A DNA stretch of 32,000 nucleotides from Candidatus Thorarchaeota archaeon (lineage in GTDB: Archaea > Asgardarchaeota > Thorarchaeia > Thorarchaeales > Thorarchaeaceae): the NCBI GenBank assembly GCA_008080745.1, contig SHMX01000003.1, forward strand, positions 150,001 through 182,000, read 5' to 3'. The notes under the pieces are model-generated. The model did not search any database. It was not told the DNA's origin and was given only the letters and a program-made list of their open reading frames with translations. Within the stretch, counting starts at the first letter, position 1; the number at the start of each line of letters is the position of its first letter. Positions 9,177 to 18,987 of this stretch are shown here, in pieces. A program made the position numbers and the translations under genes.

Positions 9177-10382
9177 ATGAAATTGGCAATAACAGCACGT
9201 GCGGCTGATCTAAGATACGCAATTAGAGATATTGTCGTCGCAGCCAAAAGGTATCATAAAGAAAAGGGAGAAAATCCACTCTATCTCAATATAGGAGACC
9301 CGAACAAATACGACTGGACCACTCCAGACTTTATGATTTCTGCTCTATGCAAAGCTGCTCAGAAGGGCATCAATGGTTATTCTCCATCAGAGGGTTTAGA
9401 AGAACTTCGACAAGCGGCGGCAGAGAAAGAAAAAGCTGTCAACGGTATTGATATTGACCCAAACCGGATGATTGTGACAACGGGTGTTTCTGAGGCAATA
9501 CAGTTTCTATCAGGTGCCTTGGTAAATGTTGATTCAGAGTTTCTGGTTCCAGGTCCCGCGTACCCGCCATATATTTCCTATATCAACTTCTTTGGTGGAA
9601 AGCCAATCACATATCGAACTATTGAAGAAGAGGATTGGGCACCCGATGTTGAAGATTTGAGGAGGAAAATTAATGATAAAACAGTAGGAATTCTGGTAAT
9701 CAATCCTAACAACCCCACAGGTGCAGTGTATGATGAGAAAGTATTGAAAGAAATTACTAACATTGCCGGGGAGTATGGACTCCCGCTCATAACAGACGAG
9801 ATTTATGATCAACTGACATATGACAAAGACCAAACACCCATGGTTCGAGTAGCCAAAGATGTGCCAGTTGTTGGATTCAATGGAATCAGCAAAGTATACG
9901 TTGCTCCAGGATGGAGAATAGGATATATCTACTTCCATGATCAAGACGGAGAGTTGGAGCCCTTACAAGATGCCATGATTCGTCAAGCAAGAATTCGTAT
10001 CTGTACTAATGCTCCAGCACAAATAGCTGCTGCAGCTGCATTGAGAAGTGATGGAAGTCACCTTGAGGAAATGATGAAGAAGCTACGAGCTCGTAGGGAC
10101 CTAATCTACAAACGATTAAACGAGATAGATTCGATCTCCACACGATTACCACAGGCAGCATTCTATATCATGCCCAGGATTGATTTGAAAGAACGATGGA
10201 ATGATGATACCGAATTTGTTCTTGATGTTCTTAGTAACACAGGAGTTGTATTCGTACCCGGGGCAGGATTCTGTCGCACTTACGGAGCTAGTCACTTCCG
10301 TAGTGTCTTCTTACCTCCACCTGAAATGATAGAAGAAGCCATGAACCGACTAGAACGGTTCATGGAGAAAAAGAAGGTCTGA
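9177..10382 (+). CDS. PLP-dependent aminotransferase class I/II, alanine aminotransferase-like
   Basis: LNIGDP, YSPSEG, INPNNPTG, DEIYD, GISKVYVAPGWRIGY (PLP lysine), VFVPGAGF. Confidence 0.92.
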   Translation: MKLAITARAADLRYAIRDIVVAAKRYHKEKGENPLYLNIGDPNKYDWTTPDFMISALCKAAQKGINGYSPSEGLEELRQAAAEKEKAVNGIDIDPNRMIVTTGVSEAIQFLSGALVNVDSEFLVPGPAYPPYISYINFFGGKPITYRTIEEEDWAPDVEDLRRKINDKTVGILVINPNNPTGAVYDEKVLKEITNIAGEYGLPLITDEIYDQLTYDKDQTPMVRVAKDVPVVGFNGISKVYVAPGWRIGYIYFHDQDGELEPLQDAMIRQARIRICTNAPAQIAAAAALRSDGSHLEEMMKKLRARRDLIYKRLNEIDSISTRLPQAAFYIMPRIDLKERWNDDTEFVLDVLSNTGVVFVPGAGFCRTYGASHFRSVFLPPPEMIEEAMNRLERFMEKKKV

Positions 10383-10383
10383 G

Positions 10384-12171
10384 CTATTCTAGCTCAGATT
10401 TTTTGGTTTCTATAATGTTGATAATTTCAGATTCTATTGTTTCAAGAGATTCTCTTGCAACCTTTACCTTTTCAGGTGTTGTTGGACGTTCACCAACATT
10501 AAGTACGTCGTCTTCAGCGATGCCTTCTATAGTAGATCTAAGATCTCTCAAACGAGAAATCGCCTGATCAAGGGATGTTCGAATCTTTGTTCTAAGAGCC
10601 GCTAATTCTGGGTCTGTAGTTGCCGCAGCGGTAGGAACTTGTTTATGAATTTCCTCAAGAGTGCTGACGAGGTCTCCTGCCTTAGATTTGGCACCTAAAA
10701 TTTTTTCAGTCAAGCTCTTTTTCTGCTCAGCCCGAGCGTCCCATGTTCTTAATGACTCAGCAATCATACCATCAAGACTAATCTGAACCTGTGCAATTGA
10801 TTCGCTAACTTTTTCTTTCAGTGGAAGAATATTAGAAAGAGCAAACTTCTTCTTTGAGGTTTCTCTAGCAAGAGTGAGTTTATCACTCAATGCTTCGTCA
10901 CCTACAATCTCATCCATGAGGTCGACCGTTTCATTGACTACCTTTATTCGAGCTTTGCCGTGTTCAATCTCGGAAGATTCTATTTCAGTTCTAGCTCTCT
11001 GAAGAATGTTTTGAAGACCAGATATAATTCGAATAAGAGGTTCTTTCTCTAAATCAGATTCATCAACCGAGCTTGACAGCAGTCCTACCCGTCCCCCGGT
11101 TACATCGAGATCATGGAGAAGCTTTTCAGATTCTTTGAAGTCTTTCAGGATGAGTGTCCCTGGACCCGCTTGAAGAGAGTATTCAGTCTTAAGCTTGTCC
11201 TGATAGGATCCTCTCACCATCACTGAATATTCTTTAATACCTTCAAGTTCTTCTGCTGCCTTCACAATAATTTCCATTTCCATTACTTCACCTGAGGGAA
11301 GAACAGGCATGGTCTTATTACGTTCACCGGAAACAATCGCCAGACCCTCGTCCAATTCCCAAGATGCCTTTGGTGAAAGGGCTTCACCCTCACCAGTATT
11401 CTTGATAATCACTCTAAGTGGAAATTGTTCAGAAAACGTCATATCAACAGGCAAGTCCAATGTGGCGGAAATTTTAGGGACTTTTAATTTTCCACGCAGA
11501 ATTTGTCGAACCATGTCAAGCCCTTTATCCACATATTTCACAAAGTCTTGTGCTTTTGCGTTTGCTAGAGCTGCCTTTAGTTCGGTTACTGCAGCAGTTT
11601 CTGCTGCTGCAAAAGCCTCTAAATCTACAGATTGTAGAGCACTTTCAAGCATCTGTGGAATCTGACTAAGCCTTATTACATCAGGGAATCTCAGTTTTGA
11701 TGCATTTTCAGCTGCAAATGTTCGTGCCTTATAGAAGGCATCAGCCTCTTTTCCAATCATCAGATAAATCATACTTGACAAGACTGCTAATGCAGTTCCT
11801 TTTGCAGTTTCAGAGTCCTCGCCCCACATCAAGTATTCACCCGATGCATTCATCAGATCTTCAGCAGCAATTTCGTAAGCTTTGATAGCTTTATCAGATT
11901 CAGCTGTTTCTGAATAAACGTCACCGGCCATACACATGTTCAAGGCCGCATTCTTGAAGCTCTTCGATTCTCGATATCGGGAAGCTGCCTTTTCATAGGC
12001 TTCAGCAGCTTGTTTAAACACTTTAGTTGCTTCATCATAATCACCTTTCTGTTCGAGTAATTCAGCGGCTTCTTCGAATTTTCGACCAGCTGCGGTGAAT
12101 GATTCTCGTAACGACTCATTGGTGGCTTCTTCTATGATTCGTCTTGTTTCCTCATCGGACATGGTTAACAA
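10384..12171 (-). CDS. SNAP/TPR-like alpha-solenoid, Ig-like (CARDB-type) domain and C-terminal helical/coiled-coil region
   Basis: AGRKFEEAAELL...YDEATKVFKQAAEAYEKAA...KAIKAYEIAA helical repeats; LRVIIKNTGEGEA...LPSGE beta-sandwich; heptad-rich C-terminus. Confidence 0.65.
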   Translation of the reverse strand: MLTMSDEETRRIIEEATNESLRESFTAAGRKFEEAAELLEQKGDYDEATKVFKQAAEAYEKAASRYRESKSFKNAALNMCMAGDVYSETAESDKAIKAYEIAAEDLMNASGEYLMWGEDSETAKGTALAVLSSMIYLMIGKEADAFYKARTFAAENASKLRFPDVIRLSQIPQMLESALQSVDLEAFAAAETAAVTELKAALANAKAQDFVKYVDKGLDMVRQILRGKLKVPKISATLDLPVDMTFSEQFPLRVIIKNTGEGEALSPKASWELDEGLAIVSGERNKTMPVLPSGEVMEMEIIVKAAEELEGIKEYSVMVRGSYQDKLKTEYSLQAGPGTLILKDFKESEKLLHDLDVTGGRVGLLSSSVDESDLEKEPLIRIISGLQNILQRARTEIESSEIEHGKARIKVVNETVDLMDEIVGDEALSDKLTLARETSKKKFALSNILPLKEKVSESIAQVQISLDGMIAESLRTWDARAEQKKSLTEKILGAKSKAGDLVSTLEEIHKQVPTAAATTDPELAALRTKIRTSLDQAISRLRDLRSTIEGIAEDDVLNVGERPTTPEKVKVARESLETIESEIINIIETKKSELE

Positions 12172-12251
12172 ACCTCCATTAAACAGAGTGATTCAGAGGA
12201 CTTTTAGTCTTCCGAATAAGAAATAGATTATGGGTGGGCAATAATGCCCAC

Positions 12252-12560
12252 TCAATATACCTCTCTTGGTGAATGTTTCAAACGATCGGGAAGTCCTCCA
12301 CCATGACCCTCAACAACAAGTTCGTATCCTTTTCCAATACGTCCTTGTCGAGTAGTCTGAAAGCCAGACTTCTGAATTGATCGTGCATTTCTCTCAGCAG
12401 CTCTTCGCTGAATCAAGCTTACTCCACTTGGAATTGTGAGAATTAACTTCTTAGAAGAATCATCAACTTTTAGAATGATTTCACTAGAGCCCTGACCTTG
12501 TGCCTCATGAAATTTTGAATCTCGATACTCAAGAACTGTCATTTGACCATTCCCATCCAT
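12252..12560 (-). CDS. Single-domain gelsolin-like protein (ProGel-like) with a WH2-like C-terminal tail
   Basis: IILKVDDSSKKLILTIPSGVSLIQRRAAERNARSI parallels VVCVVDDETKSIYLWKGSQAGVRKKFIGARVATNL of the gene at 7736; tail GGGLPDRLKHSPREVY resembles the gelsolin G1 tail as I recall it (GGVASGFKHVVPNEV). Confidence 0.6.
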   Translation of the reverse strand: MDGNGQMTVLEYRDSKFHEAQGQGSSEIILKVDDSSKKLILTIPSGVSLIQRRAAERNARSIQKSGFQTTRQGRIGKGYELVVEGHGGGLPDRLKHSPREVY

Positions 12561-12651
12561 TCGGTCTATTACTGGTCAATTTGTATTCCCACCATATTAG
12601 CATTACTAGCAGGTACATCCTGTAAATAGAAGCAACAAGAAGAAAAGTTAG

Positions 12652-12679
12652 TCCAAGGACCTGAAGAACAGGTCCTGGA
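12652..12679. terminator. Hairpin with T-rich flanks on both strands; possible terminator
   Basis: AGGACCTG-AAGAA-CAGGTCCT, a perfect 8-bp stem extended by TCC/GGA; T-run on the + strand at about 12680-12685 and a T-rich tract following on the - strand. Confidence 0.45.
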
Positions 12680-12710
12680 TTTTTTATGTTGAAGCTAAAC
12701 CGCCAACAGA

Positions 12711-13001
12711 TCAGTCTGGTGGAGGTGGAGCGGGTGGAGTGTCATCCTCCTTAGTATCAACCGGTCTTAGAACCGAGTCACGTTTCTTCGAAGTGAAGAA
12801 GAATCCAATAAGAATCAGCACCAGTCCGACGACTGCAATGACCGCCCCGATGACAGTAGTCATCCCGGGTACAAAATCATATGCAGCATCAATAGTAGGA
12901 AGCAGAGCCACGACTGCACCAGCAATCACAAGTAATGCTCCTAAACATACTGGTCCTGAACGAACATATTCACGCCAGGTAAGATACGACATAGTATTCA
13001 C
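12711..13001 (-). CDS. Small two-TM membrane protein with a polyproline tail
   Basis: Two hydrophobic helices (VCLGALLVIAGAVVALL; VIGAVIAVVGLVLILIGFFF), basic KKR after TM2, C-terminal TPPAPPPPD. Confidence 0.65.
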   Translation of the reverse strand: MNTMSYLTWREYVRSGPVCLGALLVIAGAVVALLPTIDAAYDFVPGMTTVIGAVIAVVGLVLILIGFFFTSKKRDSVLRPVDTKEDDTPPAPPPPD

Positions 13002-13091
13002 CTTTAGAGGTCATGATAATATGACCCCTCTCAGATGTACTCAAGCATACAGGCCGATTTAAGATTGTCGTAGATATAATCAATGGTAATT

Positions 13092-13991
13092 TTATTCGGG
13101 TAATTTCAAATCTACCGTACATCCAATTGAAGATGTGTTTACATTTATTTCTAATCCAGCAATCTCAGCTATCTTTGCTGCTAACATTTCGTGAAAAGCA
13201 CATGGATACCCTGCTGGAAACTTGTCCGCATCAGGGTCTAGTTCGCGAGCCATCCATAGAACCTCACATCTCCCCGTTTCAACGGTCAGTTTATTGGTTC
13301 CGGTCTTGGGTAACTGACTCTCTTTAGAGCAACCTTGAATCATCTGACAGAACTTGGTAACAACTTGATGAGGATTACCTGGATTAATCCATTGCTTCAA
13401 CATGGAATTGGCAATCCGCGTAAGCAGGGCTTCAAGATGCTCTTGTCCCAAATCGCTAGCATAAGCTATTGCTTCATTGAGGATAATAGCATGAGACTCG
13501 ACACTCTTTTCCCATATTTTGTTCCCTACTATAGGCTTGAGTTCTGGTAATGATCCTATGTGAGCAGATTCGATAACAACTTCAGATTCCTCAGGTACCG
13601 CCTCGGAGGAACCCCCAGATTCAGCACTTGAAGAGGGTGTAACTGCGACATATTCGGTTCCATCCTCGCCATCGCGCACTAAGTCAGGAATTTCAAAATC
13701 AGGTGATACACCTGAGGTCTGATATCTTCGTGCGAACTGCATTAAGCGTCCAGCGCACATTGCTACTGAATGGCGACTCAACCCCTCCACTCGAATGTGT
13801 CCGTATATTATTCCCACAAAATTATCTAATGCCAATTCAGTCATTGTTTTCTCGGTGATTATTTTTTTTCCTCGTACCACTCTGCATGCCCACATCTCAT
13901 CCATAACACCAGCTTGGGCTCCATAACTGGTATTGGTAATTCCGACTAGTGGAGAAATCGGGTAGAAATCGCTCATTTTTTTACTCCTCAT
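13092..13991 (-). CDS. V4R/ATC-hydrolase-like (HNOB/Bet3-superfamily) C-terminal domain protein with an uncharacterised N-terminal domain
   Basis: C-terminal LTVETGRCEVL...YPCAFHEMLAAKIAEIAG...IGCTVDL shows the V4R-type Cys pattern; acidic Ser-rich linker in the middle. Confidence 0.55.
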   Translation of the reverse strand: MRSKKMSDFYPISPLVGITNTSYGAQAGVMDEMWACRVVRGKKIITEKTMTELALDNFVGIIYGHIRVEGLSRHSVAMCAGRLMQFARRYQTSGVSPDFEIPDLVRDGEDGTEYVAVTPSSSAESGGSSEAVPEESEVVIESAHIGSLPELKPIVGNKIWEKSVESHAIILNEAIAYASDLGQEHLEALLTRIANSMLKQWINPGNPHQVVTKFCQMIQGCSKESQLPKTGTNKLTVETGRCEVLWMARELDPDADKFPAGYPCAFHEMLAAKIAEIAGLEINVNTSSIGCTVDLKLPE

Positions 13992-14067
13992 AACAGATTA
14001 TATTACACCATTTAGTTAGTTTGAAGACTTACCATTCAAAAGAGTATCGGGACTGAATACAAATGTG

Positions 14068-16557
14068 TTAAGGTATGAATTTTATTCTAAAGGTAACAAT
14101 TGAATGAGCATCAATATCGATTTCAAGTGAATTTCCACTACTGGAAAGCTCACCAATATCCATTTCGCATAGGTCTACAAGATGTACACTCTCAATTTCT
14201 CTATGGAATGTAATTTTAGCCGTGCTCCTTTTTCCATCAACCTCAAAGAATCTCACTATGAATTCATTTGGATTTTCATGAGGTTTATAGCAAGAGAGAT
14301 GGAGTGATGCATCTTTAATTTCTAAAGCACTGTGTTCAGCAAGTAATTCACCCTCAGCATCATCAAGAGGATAGCCAATCAAAGGATAGAGTTGTTCACT
14401 TGAGCGACGCCATATAGCAGCATCTCTCCAAGACCCTTTATGCGGAATCAGAGCAATCTTAAAAGAAAATCTACCATTTTCGAGAGCTAATTCTGTTTCA
14501 ACTATATCATCATCAAGTCCTCGTGAGAGATGATCCACACTTCGAAGAAGAGTCACGGATAGGGTACCATCATGAAATTGGAACTCATGCAGACCATATG
14601 CAGATAGCGCTACCCCATATTCAGGACCTTCACAGTCAACCCAGTCCAATGCTGGAAACAAACCTTCATCATATTCAGCCCAATTATCTGAGTTATAGGG
14701 AATGACATGACGTTCCTCGGTACCAAATTGTGATCCAACAGTAATGGTATCTGAAAACACGGTTAAGGGATAATGCAACCGTATACGTTTATCCTGCCCC
14801 TTGTAATCTAACATTACTTCACAATCAATTCGTGGAATATCCGAATAGATAGAAACTCGTTGAGTTCGATATGAACCTTGAAAATCACCCTGGATTTCAA
14901 AGATGGTTCGTATTGGGCCGCTCTCAAGCATTTTTAGCTGAGCAGGAGCACGCAAAGAGGAGATTTCAGATTCTTCGGAAACACATCTAGATTCCTCATA
15001 GCGATGCAGATCACCAACGTCACTCTCCATTGTGATGTAATTTCCTGGAGAACGAAGCAATTCGACAGAATTAACTTTGTCAAAAATTCGTGAAATCGAT
15101 CCATTGAACTTATCGAATTCAATCATATAGAATTCGGACTCCATCCAATCTTTACCCGTTTTTATTTCAGTTTCAAATTCAGGTTTTTCATCTGCTTGTA
15201 CCACTGTATACACTCGATGTCCTAGACTAGGCAATTCCTTCGCAATGAATATTACTTCTACGGGAGCTCCAGGAAGGGATTCTCCTAAGATTTGATATGG
15301 TATACTATCGCCAGATACATCATGTATTTCGAAATATTCAGTTTCGATATTAGTAGTATCAATGGGTATTCTAACAATATCATCACGAGTCCATGATAGA
15401 GGGTTGAACACTACAAACGAATAATGACGAGATTCGTGTCCAATTTTGGTGCATAATGCGCCTACTGCATCTTCAAGCAGTTCCTCAGATTTCTCGATGG
15501 CTTGACGATATCGTCGCATGGCAAGCTGATATGGTTCATCAGCAATGGTGCCGCGAATAATATTGTGATCATGATTGAATAGTAGTACTCTCCACAAGTT
15601 CTCAAGATCAAGGAGAACCGAATTATCACCAAGTAATGAAGAATATACTTCAACGAGATAGAGAAGGGTTTCAAGACGTCTACTATTGATTTTCAACCGA
15701 ACCCTACTGCTGAGACCACCAGACCTAGTAGGAGTAAATCGTCCTGAGATGAGTGGTCCGGATATAGTGGGTAATTTAGCTTGGAAGGATTTAATTTTCT
15801 CAATGAATTCGTGAGGTGTTATTATGACCATTCTCATATCTGGAAAGGAGTCATTCCACTGGGATACGATATCAGCAAGATGTGGTGGGGGTGGAACAAG
15901 TTCACCACCGATAGGAAGAAAGACATTCTGAGACACAGATCTATCACTGGTTTTCTCTATACTTTTCAAGAGATTTGCAAAGGCCTCGCGTGAATTTTCA
16001 GATAACCAAGCTGCTCGACTAAATCCATCAGACAACCAGATTGCATTAACTCGACTTCCATCCGGCCCTTTCCATTCGAACTCTGATGGTGCATCATAAG
16101 GCATTCCTCTCCAGAAGACATAGGAATCTATTCCGCATTGTCGTAATACTTGAGGAAGCTGTGCAAAGTGACCAGATGCATCTATTGCCCATCCGGTCTT
16201 TGGTTCTACTCCAAACTCTTGTCTGAAATACGATTTTCCAAGTAGAAATTGTCGAATAATGGACTCACCATTTGGAATTACAAAATCTGGGAGAACATAT
16301 GTGCCACCAACCAATTCAATACGTCCCTCAAGAATTCTCTGGTGTAAAGCATCCCAATAATTGGGAAACAGACGTTTGAACCCTTCAAATAGGGTTACCT
16401 GACCCAAACAAAACTTGTGGTCGGGGTTCACATCCAGATAGTCAAGGATACTCTTTACGTTCCAAGAAACAATACTGATATTGTGTTCATAATTATGGGT
16501 TCCAGCATTGTTAAAGTGTAGGAAGGGACAGAGATTGACAATCCATTGATGGGGCAT
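14068..16557 (-). CDS. Glycoside hydrolase family 38 (alpha-mannosidase-like) with divergent active-site residues
   Basis: GRIELVGGTYV.PD...PNGESIIRQ...G, WAIDASGH...LPQVL, FEWKGPDGS, VFNPLSW.R, TLLRS; GGAG RBS upstream of the ATG. Confidence 0.88.
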   Translation of the reverse strand: MPHQWIVNLCPFLHFNNAGTHNYEHNISIVSWNVKSILDYLDVNPDHKFCLGQVTLFEGFKRLFPNYWDALHQRILEGRIELVGGTYVLPDFVIPNGESIIRQFLLGKSYFRQEFGVEPKTGWAIDASGHFAQLPQVLRQCGIDSYVFWRGMPYDAPSEFEWKGPDGSRVNAIWLSDGFSRAAWLSENSREAFANLLKSIEKTSDRSVSQNVFLPIGGELVPPPPHLADIVSQWNDSFPDMRMVIITPHEFIEKIKSFQAKLPTISGPLISGRFTPTRSGGLSSRVRLKINSRRLETLLYLVEVYSSLLGDNSVLLDLENLWRVLLFNHDHNIIRGTIADEPYQLAMRRYRQAIEKSEELLEDAVGALCTKIGHESRHYSFVVFNPLSWTRDDIVRIPIDTTNIETEYFEIHDVSGDSIPYQILGESLPGAPVEVIFIAKELPSLGHRVYTVVQADEKPEFETEIKTGKDWMESEFYMIEFDKFNGSISRIFDKVNSVELLRSPGNYITMESDVGDLHRYEESRCVSEESEISSLRAPAQLKMLESGPIRTIFEIQGDFQGSYRTQRVSIYSDIPRIDCEVMLDYKGQDKRIRLHYPLTVFSDTITVGSQFGTEERHVIPYNSDNWAEYDEGLFPALDWVDCEGPEYGVALSAYGLHEFQFHDGTLSVTLLRSVDHLSRGLDDDIVETELALENGRFSFKIALIPHKGSWRDAAIWRRSSEQLYPLIGYPLDDAEGELLAEHSALEIKDASLHLSCYKPHENPNEFIVRFFEVDGKRSTAKITFHREIESVHLVDLCEMDIGELSSSGNSLEIDIDAHSIVTFRIKFIP

Positions 16558-16704
16558 ATCGTTATCCTCCTGGGACTAGTGGTGTTGAATGTGACTTGCT
16601 GCATATAGCCCTATTCGTTTCAGCTCAAGGGAGGGAATAAGGATTTTCCCAATGTACTATGCTAAAAACAGAAAATGTAAAACTAACAAAATGTCGATGA
16701 TTGT

Positions 16705-16741
16705 AAAAAGAGAAAATTGAAAGCCGTGAATTTCACGACTT
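16705..16741 (-). terminator. Short hairpin plus T-rich tract downstream of cdc48
   Basis: AAG-C-CGTGA-ATT-TCACG-A-CTT at 16721-16741, followed on the - strand by TTTCAATTTTCTCTTTTT. Confidence 0.4.
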
Positions 16742-16765
16742 CCTTTGAATTATCATCTACTTGGT

Positions 16766-18955
16766 TTATACATAACCAGGTGGAGTTGTTTGACTTGCCG
16801 CAGGGCTTCTTCTGAGAACTCTGTCAGCTATCGCCATGAATTTCTTGGCATCGTCTTCTGAAATTGAAGGTCTAACCTCTTTCAGAGCAGCTTCAAAGTG
16901 CTCCATCTCCACAGGTCTAGTCTTCCAATCTTCTCTAACAGCTGCCATAGCTGCTTCTCGAACTAGGTTCTCAATATCAGCACCAGAGAAACCCTCGGTC
17001 ATTTCGGCAAGTTTCTCTAAGGACACATCCTCATCTAAAGGCATATTCTTAGTGTGGACCCTGAGAATCTCTTCACGAGCACCGAGATCTGGGGGTGGGA
17101 CATAGACTACAGAATCGAATCGACCCGGTCTAAGAACCGCTGGGTCAAGCATGTCTGCTCTGTTGGTTGCACCAATAACCAGCACATTCTGTAATGCCTG
17201 CATTCCATCAAGTTCAGCCAAGAATTGATTGACAATTCTCTGGCTTACACCAGTGTCATCTCCACGAGTGCGCATACCCATTATTGCATCAATCTCATCA
17301 AAGAACAAGATGCAAGGGGCAGTCTGTCGCGCTTTCTTGAAGACTTCTCGGATGGCTTTTTCAGATTCTCCAACATATTTGTTGAAGACTTCTGGGCCAC
17401 GAACCGAAATAAAATTGGCTTCGCTCTCAGTTGCAACAGCCTTCGCTAATAGGGTCTTTCCAGTACCTGGTGGACCGAATAGCAGGACACCTTTTGGAGC
17501 CCGTATGCCCATTTCTTCGAATACTTCAGGGTGCCTTAGTGGAGCTTCAACAGCTTCACGTAGATTAGCTTTTACTTTTGCAAGTCCACCAACATCATCC
17601 CATTTTACATTGGGTTTCTCAACGAGAAACTCACGAAGTGCCGAGGGTGAGATTTCGGACATTGCGGTTTCAAAGTCACTCTGTGTCACATATAGATCAT
17701 TCAGAACATCCTGGGGTATATCACCAGTTTCAGGATCTACATGGGGTAATGCACGTCGTAATGCTTGCATGGCAGCCTCTCTTGCTAATGATGCAAGATC
17801 AGCACCCACAAACCCATGAGTGACACCGGATAATTTCTCCAAGTCAACGTTCTCATCAAGAGGCATAGCTCTTGTATGAATTTGTAGAATCTCCAATCTT
17901 CCTTGTCGATCGGGAACACCAATCACAAGTTCTCGATCGAATCTTCCAGGTCGCCGAAGAGCTTCATCAACATCATCAGGACGATTTGTGGCACCAATGA
18001 CAATTACCTGTCCACGACCTGCAAGACCATCCATGAGTGATAGAAGTTGAGCAACAACTCTTCGTTCTACCTCACCAGTCACTTCAGCTCGTTTTGGTGC
18101 AATACTATCAAGTTCATCAATGAAGATGATACTTGGTGCGTTCTTCTCGGCCTGTTCAAATACCTCACGAAGTTTTCCTTCTGACTCGCCATAGAACTTG
18201 GACATTATCTCAGGCCCATTAATGACCTTGAAGTTTGCTCCAGATTCATTGGCCACAGCTTTCGCAATTAGAGTCTTGCCTGTACCTGGTGGTCCCATTA
18301 ATAGGACACCCTTGGGTGGCGTGATTCCTAATCGCTTGAATAGATCCGGAGATTTCATGGGTAATTCAACCATCTCTCGAATCTTGGTCAGTTCCTTATT
18401 GAGTCCTCCAATATCTTCGTAGGTAACTTGCGGAACTGTAATGTCTTCAGGTGATGCTGGTTCATTAAGGACCTCTAATTGAGTACGGGGTCCAATCTTC
18501 GCATGCTTACTTGGCGAAACTGCTGTAACTATGAATTGTAATCCTTGCCCAATTGAAGCTATAACAATTGTATCACCATGAGATACTGGTTTGTTTAGTA
18601 ATTGCTGGTGAATATATCTCTCAAATCCTGGTTGGAACCTTACTTTTTGACTGGGCGCGATTGTGACACGTGAAGCTGGTTGAAGATCAATCTTACTAAC
18701 TTCAACAGCCTCTCCCAGTTTTACGCCAGCATTATTCCTGATTAGTCCGTCCATCCGAACCATATCAAGAACTTCATCTTCTTGGAGGCCAGGCCAAGCG
18801 ATAGCAACAGTAGATTTCTGTCCTTTCATTAGGACATAGTCTCCGGACCTGATATTCAAATCTCTTCGTACCTGTGAATTTAATCGAACGATACCTCTAC
18901 CTTGATCTTTTGGCATCGCTGCGGCTACTTTTAGCCGTCTTGATTTATCTGTCAT
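16766..18955 (-). CDS. cdc48: CDC48/VCP/VAT AAA+ ATPase
   Basis: N-domain DQGRGIVRL; D1 GPPGTGKT...FIDELD...RRPGRFDRE; D2 GPPGTGKT...FFDEID...LRPGRFD; C-terminus ...PGYV. Confidence 0.97.
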   Translation of the reverse strand: MTDKSRRLKVAAAMPKDQGRGIVRLNSQVRRDLNIRSGDYVLMKGQKSTVAIAWPGLQEDEVLDMVRMDGLIRNNAGVKLGEAVEVSKIDLQPASRVTIAPSQKVRFQPGFERYIHQQLLNKPVSHGDTIVIASIGQGLQFIVTAVSPSKHAKIGPRTQLEVLNEPASPEDITVPQVTYEDIGGLNKELTKIREMVELPMKSPDLFKRLGITPPKGVLLMGPPGTGKTLIAKAVANESGANFKVINGPEIMSKFYGESEGKLREVFEQAEKNAPSIIFIDELDSIAPKRAEVTGEVERRVVAQLLSLMDGLAGRGQVIVIGATNRPDDVDEALRRPGRFDRELVIGVPDRQGRLEILQIHTRAMPLDENVDLEKLSGVTHGFVGADLASLAREAAMQALRRALPHVDPETGDIPQDVLNDLYVTQSDFETAMSEISPSALREFLVEKPNVKWDDVGGLAKVKANLREAVEAPLRHPEVFEEMGIRAPKGVLLFGPPGTGKTLLAKAVATESEANFISVRGPEVFNKYVGESEKAIREVFKKARQTAPCILFFDEIDAIMGMRTRGDDTGVSQRIVNQFLAELDGMQALQNVLVIGATNRADMLDPAVLRPGRFDSVVYVPPPDLGAREEILRVHTKNMPLDEDVSLEKLAEMTEGFSGADIENLVREAAMAAVREDWKTRPVEMEHFEAALKEVRPSISEDDAKKFMAIADRVLRRSPAASQTTPPGYV

Positions 18956-18987
18956 ATACTATCCTCCATTCATTCTATCTTCTATTA

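Noticed and set aside
12530-12710. Hydrophobic open frame on the - strand between the polyproline membrane gene and the ProGel-like gene
   Set aside because: No suitable start codon before the hydrophobic part, it overlaps the next gene out of frame, and it spans the hairpin.
17229-17819. 196-aa ORF opposite cdc48, and similar short ORFs throughout the window
   Set aside because: Fully antisense or out of frame to well-supported genes, with no motifs or RBS.
10384-18955. SNAP-NSF pair formed by the SNAP-like protein and the AAA+ ATPase
   Set aside because: The ATPase is a typical archaeal Cdc48 with two intact AAA modules, four genes away; proximity alone is insufficient.
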